Part shown: piece by piece, positions 49,948-62,357 of the stretch
How the letters are laid out: each line of letters begins with the position of its first letter
Position numbering within the stretch: position 1 is the first letter of the stretch
DNA from: Macrostomum lignano
Lineage: Eukaryota
DNA: 64,000 bases
Direction of reading: 5' to 3'
NCBI GenBank assembly: GCA_002269645.1
Contig: NIVC01000024.1
Location: forward strand, 124,001-188,000
The notes under the pieces: model-generated
The model's input: only the letters and a program-made list of their open reading frames with translations
What the model was told of the DNA's origin: nothing
Database searches by the model: none
Translations under genes and position numbers: made by a program

Positions 49948-52900
49948 TCACTCCTTGCGAGGTGCGCGCTTGCGGGCACTGCCGGACCTGCAGGTGAAAA
50001 TGGAGTGACATTGTTATTCAGGCTACTTCGCGATAACAGCCGAGTGACTCTGTGACTGTAGTGGCTGAGTGACATTGTGACTGTAGTGGCCGAATGACAT
50101 GGTGACTGGCTGGGTGACATTATGACTGTGGCTGAGTGACATTGTGATTGTGGTGGCCAAGTGATATTGGGACTGTGAATGAGTGACATCTCCTTCTTCC
50201 TTCTTCTCCTATATACTAAAAATGAGTTGTCTGTATGTGGGTAGGTATGCGATAGATTTCAGAAAAAATGGCTCAACCGATTTTCTTCAAACTTGCACCA
50301 TTCGATCAGAAATTTTCCTGGGACGGTACATGCATCTTGGCTAAAAAATTGCTCAATATTAAAGGGATTAAATATTCGAAAAACATGCTTTTTTGCAAAG
50401 GTCAAGCAGCTCTTTCGACCTAAAATTCATTGTAAGAATGCTAGAGAAAAAACTGACTGGCTGAATTTCAATTCTGATAAAGATTGCATCACAACAAATT
50501 GAAAAAAGTGCCGAAGAAATGCACACACGACTTGATTTAAATTGCGTAACCAATATTGCTAACTTAAATTGAGACTGATACTGGCTGACTGAGAAATTGA
50601 TTATGTCATTACTTTTTACTTCAATTGACTTGCTGTAAGAATTGAATTATAAGGGCCACAATTCATGTTCTCCAATTGAAAAGAGATAGCCAAGATGCGA
50701 ACAGACTGGAATGCTAATGTAGCGACCTGGGTTCGAATCTTAGTAGTGCAAAAAGATTTTTTTATCAAAACACCTTAAAAACACAACAAAACTGCTAAAC
50801 ATAATAGAAGCGCAATGTCAAACATAGAAGAGCCACCATGTCGAACATTAAAGAGCCAACATTTCGAATATAAAAGAGTTACCATGTCAAACATAAAATA
50901 AGCACTATGTCAAACATATACGTGACTCCATGTCAACGATTAAAAAGCCACCATTTCAAACATAGAAGAGCCACTATGTCAAACCTAAACAAGCCACCAC
51001 GTCTAACATTTAAGAGCCACCATGTCAAACATTTAAGAGCCACCATGTCAAACATTTAAGAGCCATTATGTCAAACATTTAAGAGCCACCATGTCAAACA
51101 TTTAAGAGCCACCATGTCAAACATTTAAGAGCCACCATGTCAAACATTTAAGAGCCACCATGTCAAACATTTAAGAGCCATTATGTCAAACATTTAAGAG
51201 CCACCATGTCAAACATTTAAGAGCCACCATGTCAAACATTTAAGAGCCACCATGTCAAACATTTAAGAGCCACCATGTCAAACATTTAAGAGCCACCATG
51301 TCAAACATTTAAGAGCCACCATGTCAAACATAGAAGAGCCACCATGTCAAACATAGAAGAGCCACCATGTCAAACATAGAAGAGCCACCATGTAAAACAT
51401 TTAGGAGTCACCATATCAAACATATATGTGACTTTATGTCAAACTTTAAAGAGCCACCATTTCGAACATTAAATAGCCACTTTGTCAAACATTAGAGAGC
51501 CGCCGTGTCAAACATAAAAGAGCCACCATGTCAAACATAGAAGAGCCACCATGTAAAACATTTAGGAGTCACCATATCAAACATCAAATAGCCACTTTGT
51601 CGAACATTAAAAAGCCACCGTATCAAACATAAAAGAGTTACCATGTAGAACAAAAAACAGCCACCATGTAGAATATTAAATAGCCACTTTGTCGAACATT
51701 AAAGAGCCACCGTGTCAAACATTAAAGAGTTACCATGTAGAACAAAAAACAGCCACCATGTCGAACATAAGAGTTACCATGTAGAACAAAAAACAGCCAC
51801 CATGTAGAATATTAAATAGCCACTTTGTCAAACATAAAAGAGCCACCATGTTAAACATAGAAGAGCCACCATGTCAAACATAAAAGAGCCACCATGTCAG
51901 ACATTAAAAAGCCACCGTATCAAACATAAAAGAGCCACCATGTCAAACATAAAAGAGCCACCATGTCAAACATAAAAGAGCCACCATGTCAGACATTAAA
52001 AAGACATCGTATCAAACATAAAAGAGTTACCATGTAGAACATTAAAGAGCCACTATTTCACACAGTAAAGAGCCACCATGTCAAACATAAAAGAGCCACC
52101 ATGTCAAACATTAAAAAGCCACCATAGCGAACATTAAAGAGCTACCATGTCAAACATTAAAGAGCTATCATGTGAAACACAAAATAGCCACCATGTCAAA
52201 CATTGAAGAGACACTATGTCAAACGTATACGTGACTCCATGTCAAACATAAAAGTGCCACCATGTCGAACATAAAAGAGCCACCATGTAGAACAAAAAAC
52301 AGCCACCATGTCGAACATAAAAGAGCCACCATGCCAAATATAAAAGAGCCACCATGTCAAACATAAAAGTGCCATTATGTCAAAAATATACGGGACTCCA
52401 TGTCAAACATTAAAGAGCCACCATGTCAAACATTAAAGAGCTATCATGTCAAACACAGAATAGCCACCATGTAAAACATAGAAGAGACACTATGTCAAAC
52501 GTATACGTGACTCCATGTCAAACATAACAGAGCCTCCATGTCAAACATAAAAGAGCCACCATGTCAAACATTAAAGAGCCACCATGTCAAACATTAAAGG
52601 GCCACCATGTCAAACATTAAAGAGCCACCATGGCGAACATTAAAGAGCCACCTTGTCAAACATTAAAGAGCCATCATGTCAAACATGAAAGAGCCATCAT
52701 GTGAAACATATACGTGACTCAATGTCAAACATTAAAGAGCCACCATATCAAACATTAAAGAGCTATCATGTCAAACACAAAGGAGCTACCATGTCAAACA
52801 TAGAAGAGCCACCATGTCAAACATTAAAGAGCTATCATGTCAAACACAAAAGAGCTACCATGTCAAACATAGAAGAGCCACCATGTCAAACATTAAAGAG

Positions 52901-55900
52901 CTATCATGTCAAACACAAAAGAGCTACCATGTCAAACATAGAAGAGCTACCATGTCAAACATTAAAGAGCCACCTTTTTAAACAAAAAAGAGACCCCATT
53001 TCAAACATAAAAGAAGTGTCATGCCAAACAAAATGGAACCATTATAAAGCTAAGGAAATTGTTGCACTAGCTACTTGTTCTCTGGTGGATGCTTGCTTTT
53101 TAAGGATGGATACTTGCTTACAGGGGGATGCTTGCTCTTGTGGGTGGAGGGTACTTGCTATCTGAGAGGGGGTTGCTAGATATCTATAAGGTATCTTTGT
53201 ATCCAGGTTATGCTTGCTATCAGGGGTTGCTTGCGAACTGGGGGATGCTTGCAATCTGGGGGATGCTTGCGAACTGGGGGATGCTTGCAATCTGGGGGAT
53301 GCTTGCGAACTGGGGGATGCTTGCTACCTGGGGGATGCTTGCTACCTGGGGGATGCTTGCTACCTGGGGGATGCTTGCAGTCTGGGGGATGCTTGCTATT
53401 TGGGGATCGATGCTTGAATGCTGTCTGAGGATGCTTGCTGTCTTGGGATGTTTTGTTTTTAGAGGGAATGTCTGTTGTTGTTTTTTGAAGGTTTTATTTC
53501 GCTGTCTATTTGTTATTTGTAAAGAACAAGGATTCTATCCAGATGTCCCCCATCGGGGGGCGAAGATTGCTAGTTGTGACTATGAATGAGTGACATTGTG
53601 ACTGTGGTGGCTGAGTGACATTGTGACTGTGGTGGCCGAGTGACATTGCGACTGTGGTGGCCGAGTGACATTGCGACTGTGGTGGCCGAGTGACATTGTG
53701 ACTGTGGTGGCTGAGTGACATTGTGACTGTGGTAGCTGAGTGACATTGTGACTGTGGTGGCTGAGTGACATTGTGACTGTGGTGGCTGAGTGACATTGTG
53801 ACTGTGGTGGCTGAGTGACATTGTGACTGTGGTGGCCGAGTGACATTGCGACTGTGGTGGCCGAGTGACATTGCGACTGTGGTGGCCGAGTGACATTGTG
53901 ACTGTGGTGGCTGAGTGACATTGTGACTGTGGTAGCTGAGTGACATTGTGACTGTGGTGGCTGAGTGACATTGTGACTGTGGTGGCTGAGTGACATTGTG
54001 ACTGTGGTGGCTGAGTGACATTGTGACTGTTGTGGCTGAGTGACATTGTGACTGTGGTGGCTGAGTGACATTGTGACTGTTGTGGCTGAGTGACATTGTG
54101 ACTGTGGTGGCTGAGTGACATTGTGACTGTGGTGGCTGAGTGACATTGTGACTGTGGTGGCTGAGTGACATTGTGACTGTGGTGGCTGAGTGACATTGTG
54201 ACTGTGGTGGCTGAGTGACATTGTGACTGGCTGAGTGACATTGTGACTGTGGTGGCTGAGTGACATTGTGACTGTGGTGGCTGAGTGACATTGTGACTGT
54301 GGTGGCTGAGTGACATTGTGACTGTGGTGGCTGAGTGACATTGTGACTGGCTGAGTGACATTGACTACAAGTAACACGATAACGGAAAGTTCCGAGCGAC
54401 ACTATCAATATACTCGTAGAAATGGCCGAACGATAAAAGAAACTCACTCATTTCCAGCCTTGGCCGAATCGCCCTTGGCAGGCGCAGCCTCTTCTCCTTC
54501 ATCGTCTTCAGCCTCCTCCCCATCCTGCGGCTCTCCATTTTCGTCTCCATCTTCATCTTCGTCGCTCTCCAGATTCGCTTTGGATTCGGCGGCGGCCGCC
54601 GGAGCGCCCGAATCTGGCGTGGCCTCGTCCGTTTTCTTCCGTCTGGCCGCCTGCGACGCCTGCGAAGCCGCCGGGGCCGGCGAGCCGCGGCAGCAGTAGA
54701 CGATAAGCAGAACGGCAGGCAAGGCGATCACCATGAGCAGCACCGCCCAGATCCACGGCCGGTCCTTCGTAGCATCGCGAACGGCGTCCACCACCGACTG
54801 GGCGCCAGGGTCGGCCAGCCGCTCGGCCTCCCGCTTAACCGTCCAGGTCTGCTCGGCGAAATCGTCGGCCAGCGATTTGCGATCGACAATTAGCAGATTG
54901 TCGAAAACGACGCCGTCGTTCATCGACCAGAGCTCGAAGCCGATGGCGCCGATCGGGGCGAAGCGCCAGGGCTCTTTGTCCTCGAAATAGTCGGGATTGG
55001 GGATCACCCGCGGCTTCCAGATGCCCTTGTAGGCCGGGTTGTCAATCATTGGGGCCGACCACTTGCCCTTGTACTTCGGATTCTTCACCTTCGGCCGGGT
55101 CCACGGGCCGCAGCCTGGCGCCTCCTTGCACCTGGTTTTGGAGAATGATTTTCGGATGATTATTGGAATGATTTCCGGATGATTATTGGAATGATTCCCA
55201 GATGATTATTAAAATGATTTCCAGATGATTATTGGAATGATTTCCGGATGATTATTGGAATGATTCCCAGATGATTATTAAAATGATTTCCAGATGATTA
55301 TTGGAATGATTTCCGGATGATTATTGGAATGATTTCCAGGCATTTACAGGAATGATTTCCAGACGATCACAGGAATGATTTCCAGAATATCACAGGAATG
55401 ATTTCCAGACAATCACAGGAATGATTTTTGGCAATCACAGAAATGATTTTCAGACAATCACAGAAATGATTTTTGGCAATCACAGGAATGATTTCCAGGC
55501 AATCAGGAATGATTTCCAGACAATCACAGGAATGACTTCCAGACAATCACAGGAATGATTTTTGGCAATCACAGAAATGATTTTCAGACAATCACAGAAA
55601 TGATTTCCAGACAATCACAGGAATGATTTCCAGACAATCAAAGAAATGATTTCCAGACAATCACAGGAATTATTTCTTAGCAATCACAGAAATGATTTTC
55701 AGACAATCACAGAAATGATTTCCAGACAATCACAGGAATGATTTCCAGACAATCAAAGAAATGATTTCCAGACAATCACAGGAATTATTTCTTAGCAATC
55801 ACAGAAATGATTTTCAGACAATCACAGAAATACATTTGTAGTTTGCAGATGATTATTGGAATGCTTCAGAATAAAAAAAAACAGACAAAGCCTCACTTGG

Positions 55901-58445
55901 GATTGTCAACCTGCGCCGGCTCCCAGGACCCGTCCATATCCTCGTCCCAGTCCTTGGGCTTCTCGGCCTTGGGATCCGGGACGGTCAGCGGCTCGTCAAC
56001 CAGCCAGCCCTGCGGCATGACGGCCTCGGCGTCTTCGATAAACTCCGGCTGAGTCTCGTCCCAGTCGTCCGGCTTAACGGCTTTGGGATCGGGGATTTTC
56101 TCGCGCTCGTCCCAGTCGGCCGGCTTTTTGTCGTTAGGATCGTCAATCTCTTTAGGCGGGTTCACCGGCGGCTGCATGTCCTCTAGGAGACTGCCGCTGT
56201 TCACCAGGCTCCTGTCAACGTACACCTCGAAGCTATTGTCCGAGTTCAGCACCAGAGTGTACAGGTGAGTCCGCTTGTCGTTAAAGTACGAATCCAAATC
56301 AGCTTTGGGCTTTTTGGCGTGCTTCTCTTCGATTTTGCCAGACTTCGGATTCTTGTGCCGCAGAATGAAGTGCAGCTTGTGGTCCATGCCGCACTTGTCA
56401 GGCCCGAACATGATGGTGTACGGAGTCTTGTCGTTGAACTCCTGCGGGGGTTGAAGGAGCGGCATGTTCGGCTTGGGGTGTGCAGTGGCATCGCATTGGG
56501 TTGCTGGGTCACTCAGTGACACCCGCTACCCTCCCTCAGTGATAGCCGCTACCCTCCCTCAGTGACAGCAGCTACCCTCCTTCAGTGACAGCCGCTACCC
56601 TCCCTCAGTGACAGCCGCTACCCTCCCTCAGTTGAGAGTCGCTACCCTCCCTCAGTGACAGCCGCTACCCTTCCTCAGTGACAGCCGCTACCCTCCCTCA
56701 GTGACAGTAGCTACCCTCCCCCAGTGACTGCCACTACCCTCCCTCAGTGACAGCCGCTACCCTCCCTCAGTGACAGCCGCTACCCTCCCTCAGTGACAGC
56801 CGCTACCCTCCCTCAGTGACAGCCGCTACCCTCCCTCAGTGACAGCCGCTACCCTCCCTCAGTTGAGAGTCGCTACCCTCCCTCAGTGACAGCCGCTACC
56901 CTCCCTTAGTGACAGCCGCTACCCTCCCTCAGTGACCGCCACTACCCTCCCTCAGTGACCGCCACTACCCTCCCTCAGTGACAGCCGCTACCCTCCCTCA
57001 GTGACAGCCGCTACCCTCCCTCAGTGACAGCCGCTACCCTCCCTCAGTGACCGCCACTACCCTCCCTCAGTGACAGCCGCTACCCTCCCTCAGTGACAGC
57101 CGCTACCCTCCCTCAGTGACAGCCGCTACCCTCCCTCAGTGAGAGCCGCTAACCTCCCTCAGTGACAGCCGCTACCCTCCCTCAGTGACAGCCGCTACCC
57201 TCCCTCAGTGAGAGCCGCTACCCTCCCCCAGTGACTGCCACTACCCTCCCTCAGTGACAGCCGCTACCCTCCCTCAGTGAGAGCCGCTAACCTCCCTCAT
57301 TGACAGCCGCTACCCTCCCCCAGTGACTGCCACTACCCTCCCTCAGTGACAGCCGCTACCCTTCCTCAGTGACAGCCGCTACCCTCCCTCAGTGAGAGCC
57401 GCTACCCTCCCCCAGTGACTGCCACTACCCTCCCTCAGTGACAGCCGCTACCCTCCCTCAGTGAGAGCCGCTAACCTCCCTCATTGACAGCCGCTACCCT
57501 CCCTCAGTGACAGCCGCTACCCTCCCTCAGTGACAGCCGCTACCCTCTCTCAGTGACAGTCGCTACCCTCCCTCAGTGAGAGCCGCTACCCTCCCCCAGT
57601 GACTGCCACTACCCTCCCTCAGTGACAGCCGCTACCCTCCTTCAGTGAGAGCCGCTAACCTCCCTCATTGACAGCCGCTACCCTCCCTCAGTGACAGCCG
57701 CTACCCTCCCTCAGTGACAGCCGCTACCCTCTCTCAGTGACAGTCGCTACACTCCCTCAGTGACAGCCGCTACCCTCCCTCAGTGAGAGCCGCTACCCTC
57801 CCTCAGTGACCACCGCTACCCTCCCCCAATGACAGCCGCTACCCTCCTTAGTGACAACATAGAAGCAAGCCACAAAAGAGCACTGAGTGAATGCCAACCA
57901 ACCTTCAGATCCATCCCGGGCCCATCAGTCAGCAGTTTAACATAGGCTCCGCCGCAATCCATGCCGTTCTGAAACTTCACTTCGTATTGCATGACAAACT
58001 GCTTGCCGGGCTGGTCAAAGGCGAAAGGCTTAGCCAGCTTAGCGGATACGGCGTGGTGTTTGGCTTTGGATTTGAGCACCAAAGCAAAGTCGGCATCAAT
58101 GGCGCTAGACTCGGGCACTTCAACGGACCAGAAGCCGTCGTATTTGGACAAATCTGAGTCTACGCCTTCCTTCTTAGACTTGGACAGCACCAGCTGTTCA
58201 GCTAGATTCGATGGCGCAGTAAAGAATTGAGCATAATAGGAACCAGCTGGAACCTTTGGCGGCGTGAACACCGGCTTAGCAGGCGGGGCTGTCGCGTCTC
58301 CACCGGCTTTATCGTCGGCCGGGTCGTCTTCGTCGGAGACGTCTGCTTCAGCGTCTGGTGGGCTGGCATCCTCTGCACCAGCTGCCCATTCAGTGGCCAG
58401 CAGCAGTAGCAGGGCTAGGAGCAGCAATTTCATACTGTGAGGCAT
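49948..58445 (-). CDS. CANX: Calnexin
   Basis: Exons 58445-57903, 56441-55897, 55131-54448, 49987-49948 (phases 0/2/2, 603 aa); signal peptide, [19 protein letters not shown]-domain KPEDWD/GIWKP repeats, TM helix, acidic tail, C-terminus [10 protein letters not shown]. Confidence 0.97.
50045..50188 (+). repeat. 25-bp minisatellite (GAGTGACATTGTGACTGTGGTGGCT), left part
   Basis: Continues at 53574-54363 after the Helitron insertion. Confidence 0.9.
50683..50750 (+). pseudogene. tRNA-like segment inside Helitron (second copy 60183-60250)
   Basis: A-box-like TAGCC, loop TGCTAA (GCT anticodon-like) and B-box GGTTCGAATC; no complete acceptor stem. Confidence 0.55.
50815..53030 (+). repeat. ~23-bp minisatellite (AAACATAAAAGAGCCACCATGTC) inside Helitron copy 1
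   Basis: About 95 variant units. Confidence 0.96.
53200..53445 (-). repeat. 18-bp minisatellite (GATGCTTGCTA[C/T]CTGGGG) inside Helitron copy 1
   Basis: About 12 units. Confidence 0.93.
53574..54363 (+). repeat. 25-bp minisatellite, right part
   Basis: About 31 units. Confidence 0.97.
55140..55830 (+). repeat. 23-bp minisatellite filling calnexin intron 2 (GAATGATTTCCAGACAATCACAG)
   Basis: About 30 units reaching within ~10 nt of the acceptor at 55132. Confidence 0.96.
56515..57850 (+). repeat. 23-bp minisatellite filling calnexin intron 1 (CAGTGACAGCCGCTACCCTCCCT)
   Basis: About 58 units. Confidence 0.97.
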
Positions 58446-60334
58446 AGCTGTCTGAAGATTGGCTGCAATAGATTTTATTTTAAATATGATTTTTCAAGAA
58501 TTCTGTTTACATTTTTAGCATATTTAAAGTAGACAGGTATGCTGAATTTTGTGCACAATTTCTATATAACAAAATTTGGCAAAAGGCCTATCATGGAATA
58601 TATGTTATGTTTGATGAGTTATTTAGTCTTAATTGATCTGTGACTATGCCATAATGCAAGTATGCAAGTATAAGAGCATCTTAATAGCTATATCTAGAGA
58701 GTCTTTTGCAAAAACAGCTTTACTCTGTATGCAATTAAAATATTTTTTCTTATGGCTGAATTATTTAATTCTCTTCTTTTCTTTTATTAGTATATTTTTA
58801 AATCATTTATAAAGGTTTTTCTTTCCATTTCTTTGCCAAACTGTGCCAGTGAAATACAAATAATAATATATAAACCCAAAAATTGAGTTTATGTTCCAAA
58901 CTTCCAAAACTTTTAAAGTCTTAAATAACAACTACATTTCTCCTATATGCACCATGCTTCTAGAATTGTTGCCCATTGACCACAATATGGCACAATATAC
59001 AATATTGCTCTGCTCTCAAAATGTGCCATGACACCATGTCTGCCTTTCTTAAATTTGCAATCATGGCAAAACACTTGAAAATATGAAAAACAAGATTAGC
59101 AGCTGGGTGGCAGTGCCTAACCCATCCTTTACCTATCCTTTAAGCTGCAGGAATCCTTTTGAACCAAAATCAAAAAGATAGCTACACTCCAGACACTCTA
59201 CATACTAGGCACTACTTCTTCAAAGGTGACCATCAAAGCAAACTATGCACCTTTTGCAACCTCAAATATGAAGATACCAAGCACTTTATCTGCTACTATC
59301 TGGCTTTCAACTGAGACCTACTCAAATACCTTGGACTCAGCTGGGCCCTAGATACCTACTAGCCCAAGAATATCCCACAGCTTATCTAGTTCTTCCAGGC
59401 TATATCATACAAGCCTTTATCTTTCCCACCAAAGACAACATTGCAGATTTCCCTAACTGGTCCCATCCCTATGCCTTACCCTATATTGGCTTTTTAGAGA
59501 TTAGCAAAATGGGCAATGCTTACTTCCCTGCTCTTCCCATTTAGATTACCTTGCAGCTAAGTCAAATAAGTCAAGTCAAGATTGGCAACTATCCACAGTT
59601 TGTTAACTTGTTCTAATAAGAATAATTTACTACATTTAGACCCTCTTCTTTATCTCCATCCTTAGTAATATTAAAAAATTAAATGGTGCTAACCAATATT
59701 AATAATTAATAAATAGCTATTAATTCTTTAAATAAAAAATCTATATGTATGCCAGTTAGGAAGGCAATGTACTTGCCATTTTTCAGCATATATCAGCATC
59801 CATTTTCCATATACTAAAAAACATGCTTTTTTGCAAAGGTCAAGCAGCTCTTTCAACTTGAAATTCATTGTAAGAATGCTAGAGAAAAAACTGACTGGTT
59901 GAATTCTGATTTTGAAATAGATTGCATCACAATAGGCATTTATTTATTGTCTGTGTACTGGCTGAATTTTAACACTGAATTCAATTACATCACAGTGTTG
60001 AGTATGGAAGCATAGCACAATACTTGATTTATAGTGTAACCATATTGTTAACTTGAATAGACACTGGTACTGACTTGCCTCAGAAATTGATTATGTCATA
60101 ACTGCTTTGTGTGACTTTTACTCTAACTGACTTAGTATGAGTGTTGAATTATAAGTGCTACAAATTCATTTACAAATTTGATGAGAGCTAGCCTAGAGGT
60201 GAACACACTGGACTGCTAATGCAGCGACTTGGGTTTGAATCTTAGTAGTGTAAGTAGTGTAAAAGTAGTAGTGTAATTTTTTATTGAAAGCTTTTATTAA
60301 AAACTAATTAAAAAGATCTGGATTACTCCATTTG

Positions 60335-60690
60335 ATAAACCAAGCATTACTGCACTTGATAAACCAAGCATTATTGCATTTGATAAGCTAAGGATTAATG
60401 CGCTTGACAAACAAAGGATTATTGCACTTGATAAACCAAGGATTACTGCACTTGATAGACCAAGCATTACTGCACTTGATAAACCAAAGATTACTGCACT
60501 TGATAGACCAAGCATTACTGCACTTGATAAGCTAAGGATTAATGCGCTTGACAAACAAAGAATTACTGCACTTGATAAACCAAGGATTACTGCACTTGAT
60601 AGACCAAGCATTACTGCACTTGATAAACCAAAGATTACTGCACTTGATAAACCAAGGATTACTGCACTTGATAAACAAAGGATTATTGTA
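60335..60690 (+). repeat. 24-bp minisatellite (GATTACTGCACTTGATAAACCAAG) inside Helitron copy 2
   Basis: About 14 units. Confidence 0.94.
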
Positions 60691-60859
60691 CTAGCTTAGA
60701 AATAGACTAATGCACTAGCTGAGACATTGATTTTGGACTTGATGAGTAAAGGATTATTATTGTGCTGGAATCAAAAGAAATTTTTGCGCTGGCTAAGACA
60801 TGGATTATTGCACAGCATTAGTGGGAGGAAATATTTGCACTAGCTACTTGCTGTCTGGT

Positions 60860-61130
60860 GGATTCTTGCTATCTGGGGGATGCTTGCTATTGTATCTGGG
60901 GGGGGTGCTTACTATTTTATCTGGGGGGAGGGGGTGCTTACTCTTGTATTTAGGGATTAATTGCTATTTGTAGGATGCTTGCTATCTGGGGGATGCTTGC
61001 TATCTAGGGGGATGCTTGCTATCTGGGAAATGCTTGCTATCTGGGGGATGCTTGCTATCTGGGGGATGCTTGCTATCTGTAGGATGCTTGCTATCTGGGG
61101 GATGCTTGCTATCTAGGGGATGCTTGCTGT
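60860..61130 (-). repeat. 18-bp minisatellite inside Helitron copy 2
   Basis: Same unit as 53200-53445 and 39570-40115. Confidence 0.92.
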
Positions 61131-61410
61131 CTTGGGGTGTTTTTTATTTAAGGGAAATGTCTGCTATCTTTGTGAAAACTATATATTGTTGTCTTTCTAT
61201 TAGTTTTTGAAAAAAAATAATAAAGATATTCATAGCAAACATCTTTGTCCATGACAATTTTACTCGAATAAGGTGATTAATAAAACTGAAGAAAGAAATG
61301 TACTAAAGAAAAGAGAATGTTTTTTTATTTTTTTCTATGAATAATTTTGCTCCTTGCTTATTGTGTGCCACAGTAGAAAACACAGTAGAAATTTTTTGGC
61401 ATAGATCTAT

Positions 61411-62357
61411 TAGAGGCATAGCCAAGGAGAGGGGAGAATACTGGGGACATACCCCCCCCCTAGAAGGCTAATTTTTTTCTGCCTTTGTATTTTGCTTCTA
61501 TTGCTTCCATTGGAGATGGATGTGGCTCATTCCATATAAGCATGGTCGTAACATGACAGGTTATTTTTACTTATAAAATGAAATCTAATAATAGAATATA
61601 CTAAACCAATATTTTAAATGAAAGATTATTTTGTCTAGAATATATTTATAGAGTTTCATATAGATATCATCATTAGTATAGATGCTATTAACCCTTAAAT
61701 GACACTTATGGTCGTAACGACAGGATTTTTGACATATAGAAACTAAAAGGTAAAAGTCTTATAACATTTTTCATTTTTGATATTTTGCAATACATTTTTA
61801 AAATTTGACTAAGAACATCTTTAGAAATCATACTCTTTTATTAGAATATATAAACTCAAAAGGCAACAAAGATACAAAAGAAAAGGCAGCCTTATAGTCA
61901 TAACATTATGGTCGTAACATATTTTTTTCTGTCAATTCAGTAACTTTGAGGTACTAATACATTAAAAATATAATAGATTATTTGGTCACCAATGCTTTTA
62001 TCTGATGATGCAAGTACTATACTTTTATCTATAGTTTGTTTCAACCTTCAAAAGCTTTCTATTTGTTTTTAAAAGGTACAAAATCTTAATGATGTCTTTT
62101 GCTTCGAAAAATGTCCAAATTTTTACAAAAATGACTTTTTGCCAATTGATAACATACTAATCCAACATTTTACCATTCCTTTATTCTTAGATTGTATATA
62201 TTGCACAATATAAACATTTGGTAAAAAATAGGCTAATTAGGCAATGGCAAGCAAAAATATTGACTTTTTTCTATTTTCCAAATATGTCCATCTTATATGG
62301 AATGAGCCATGTGTGTCTCTGTTGTCCCCCCTGATGTGAATCTTGGCTATGCATCAG
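61411..62357. mobile_element. hAT-like MITE with 8-bp TSD
   Basis: TAGAGGCATAGCCAAG / CTTGGCTATGCATCAG ends; AGATCTAT at 61403-10 and 62358-65. Confidence 0.7.
61524..62308. mobile_element. 785-bp TIR element with 4-bp TSD nested in the hAT-like MITE
   Basis: GGCTCATTCCATATAAG / CTTATATGGAATGAGCC; ATGT at 61520-23 and 62309-12. Confidence 0.78.

Larger units (their letters stand above)
50189..53573 (+). mobile_element. Non-autonomous Helitron (copy 1) in calnexin intron 3
   Basis: 5' TC, 3' hairpin CCCCCATCGGGGG followed by CTAG; inserted between A and T of GAGTGACA^TTGTGACT with no TSD; contains 23-bp and 18-bp satellites. Confidence 0.9.

Noticed and set aside
52701-54447. ORFs over the 23-, 18- and 25-bp arrays
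   Set aside because: They lie within a Helitron and satellite in a calnexin intron; multi-frame repeat artefacts.
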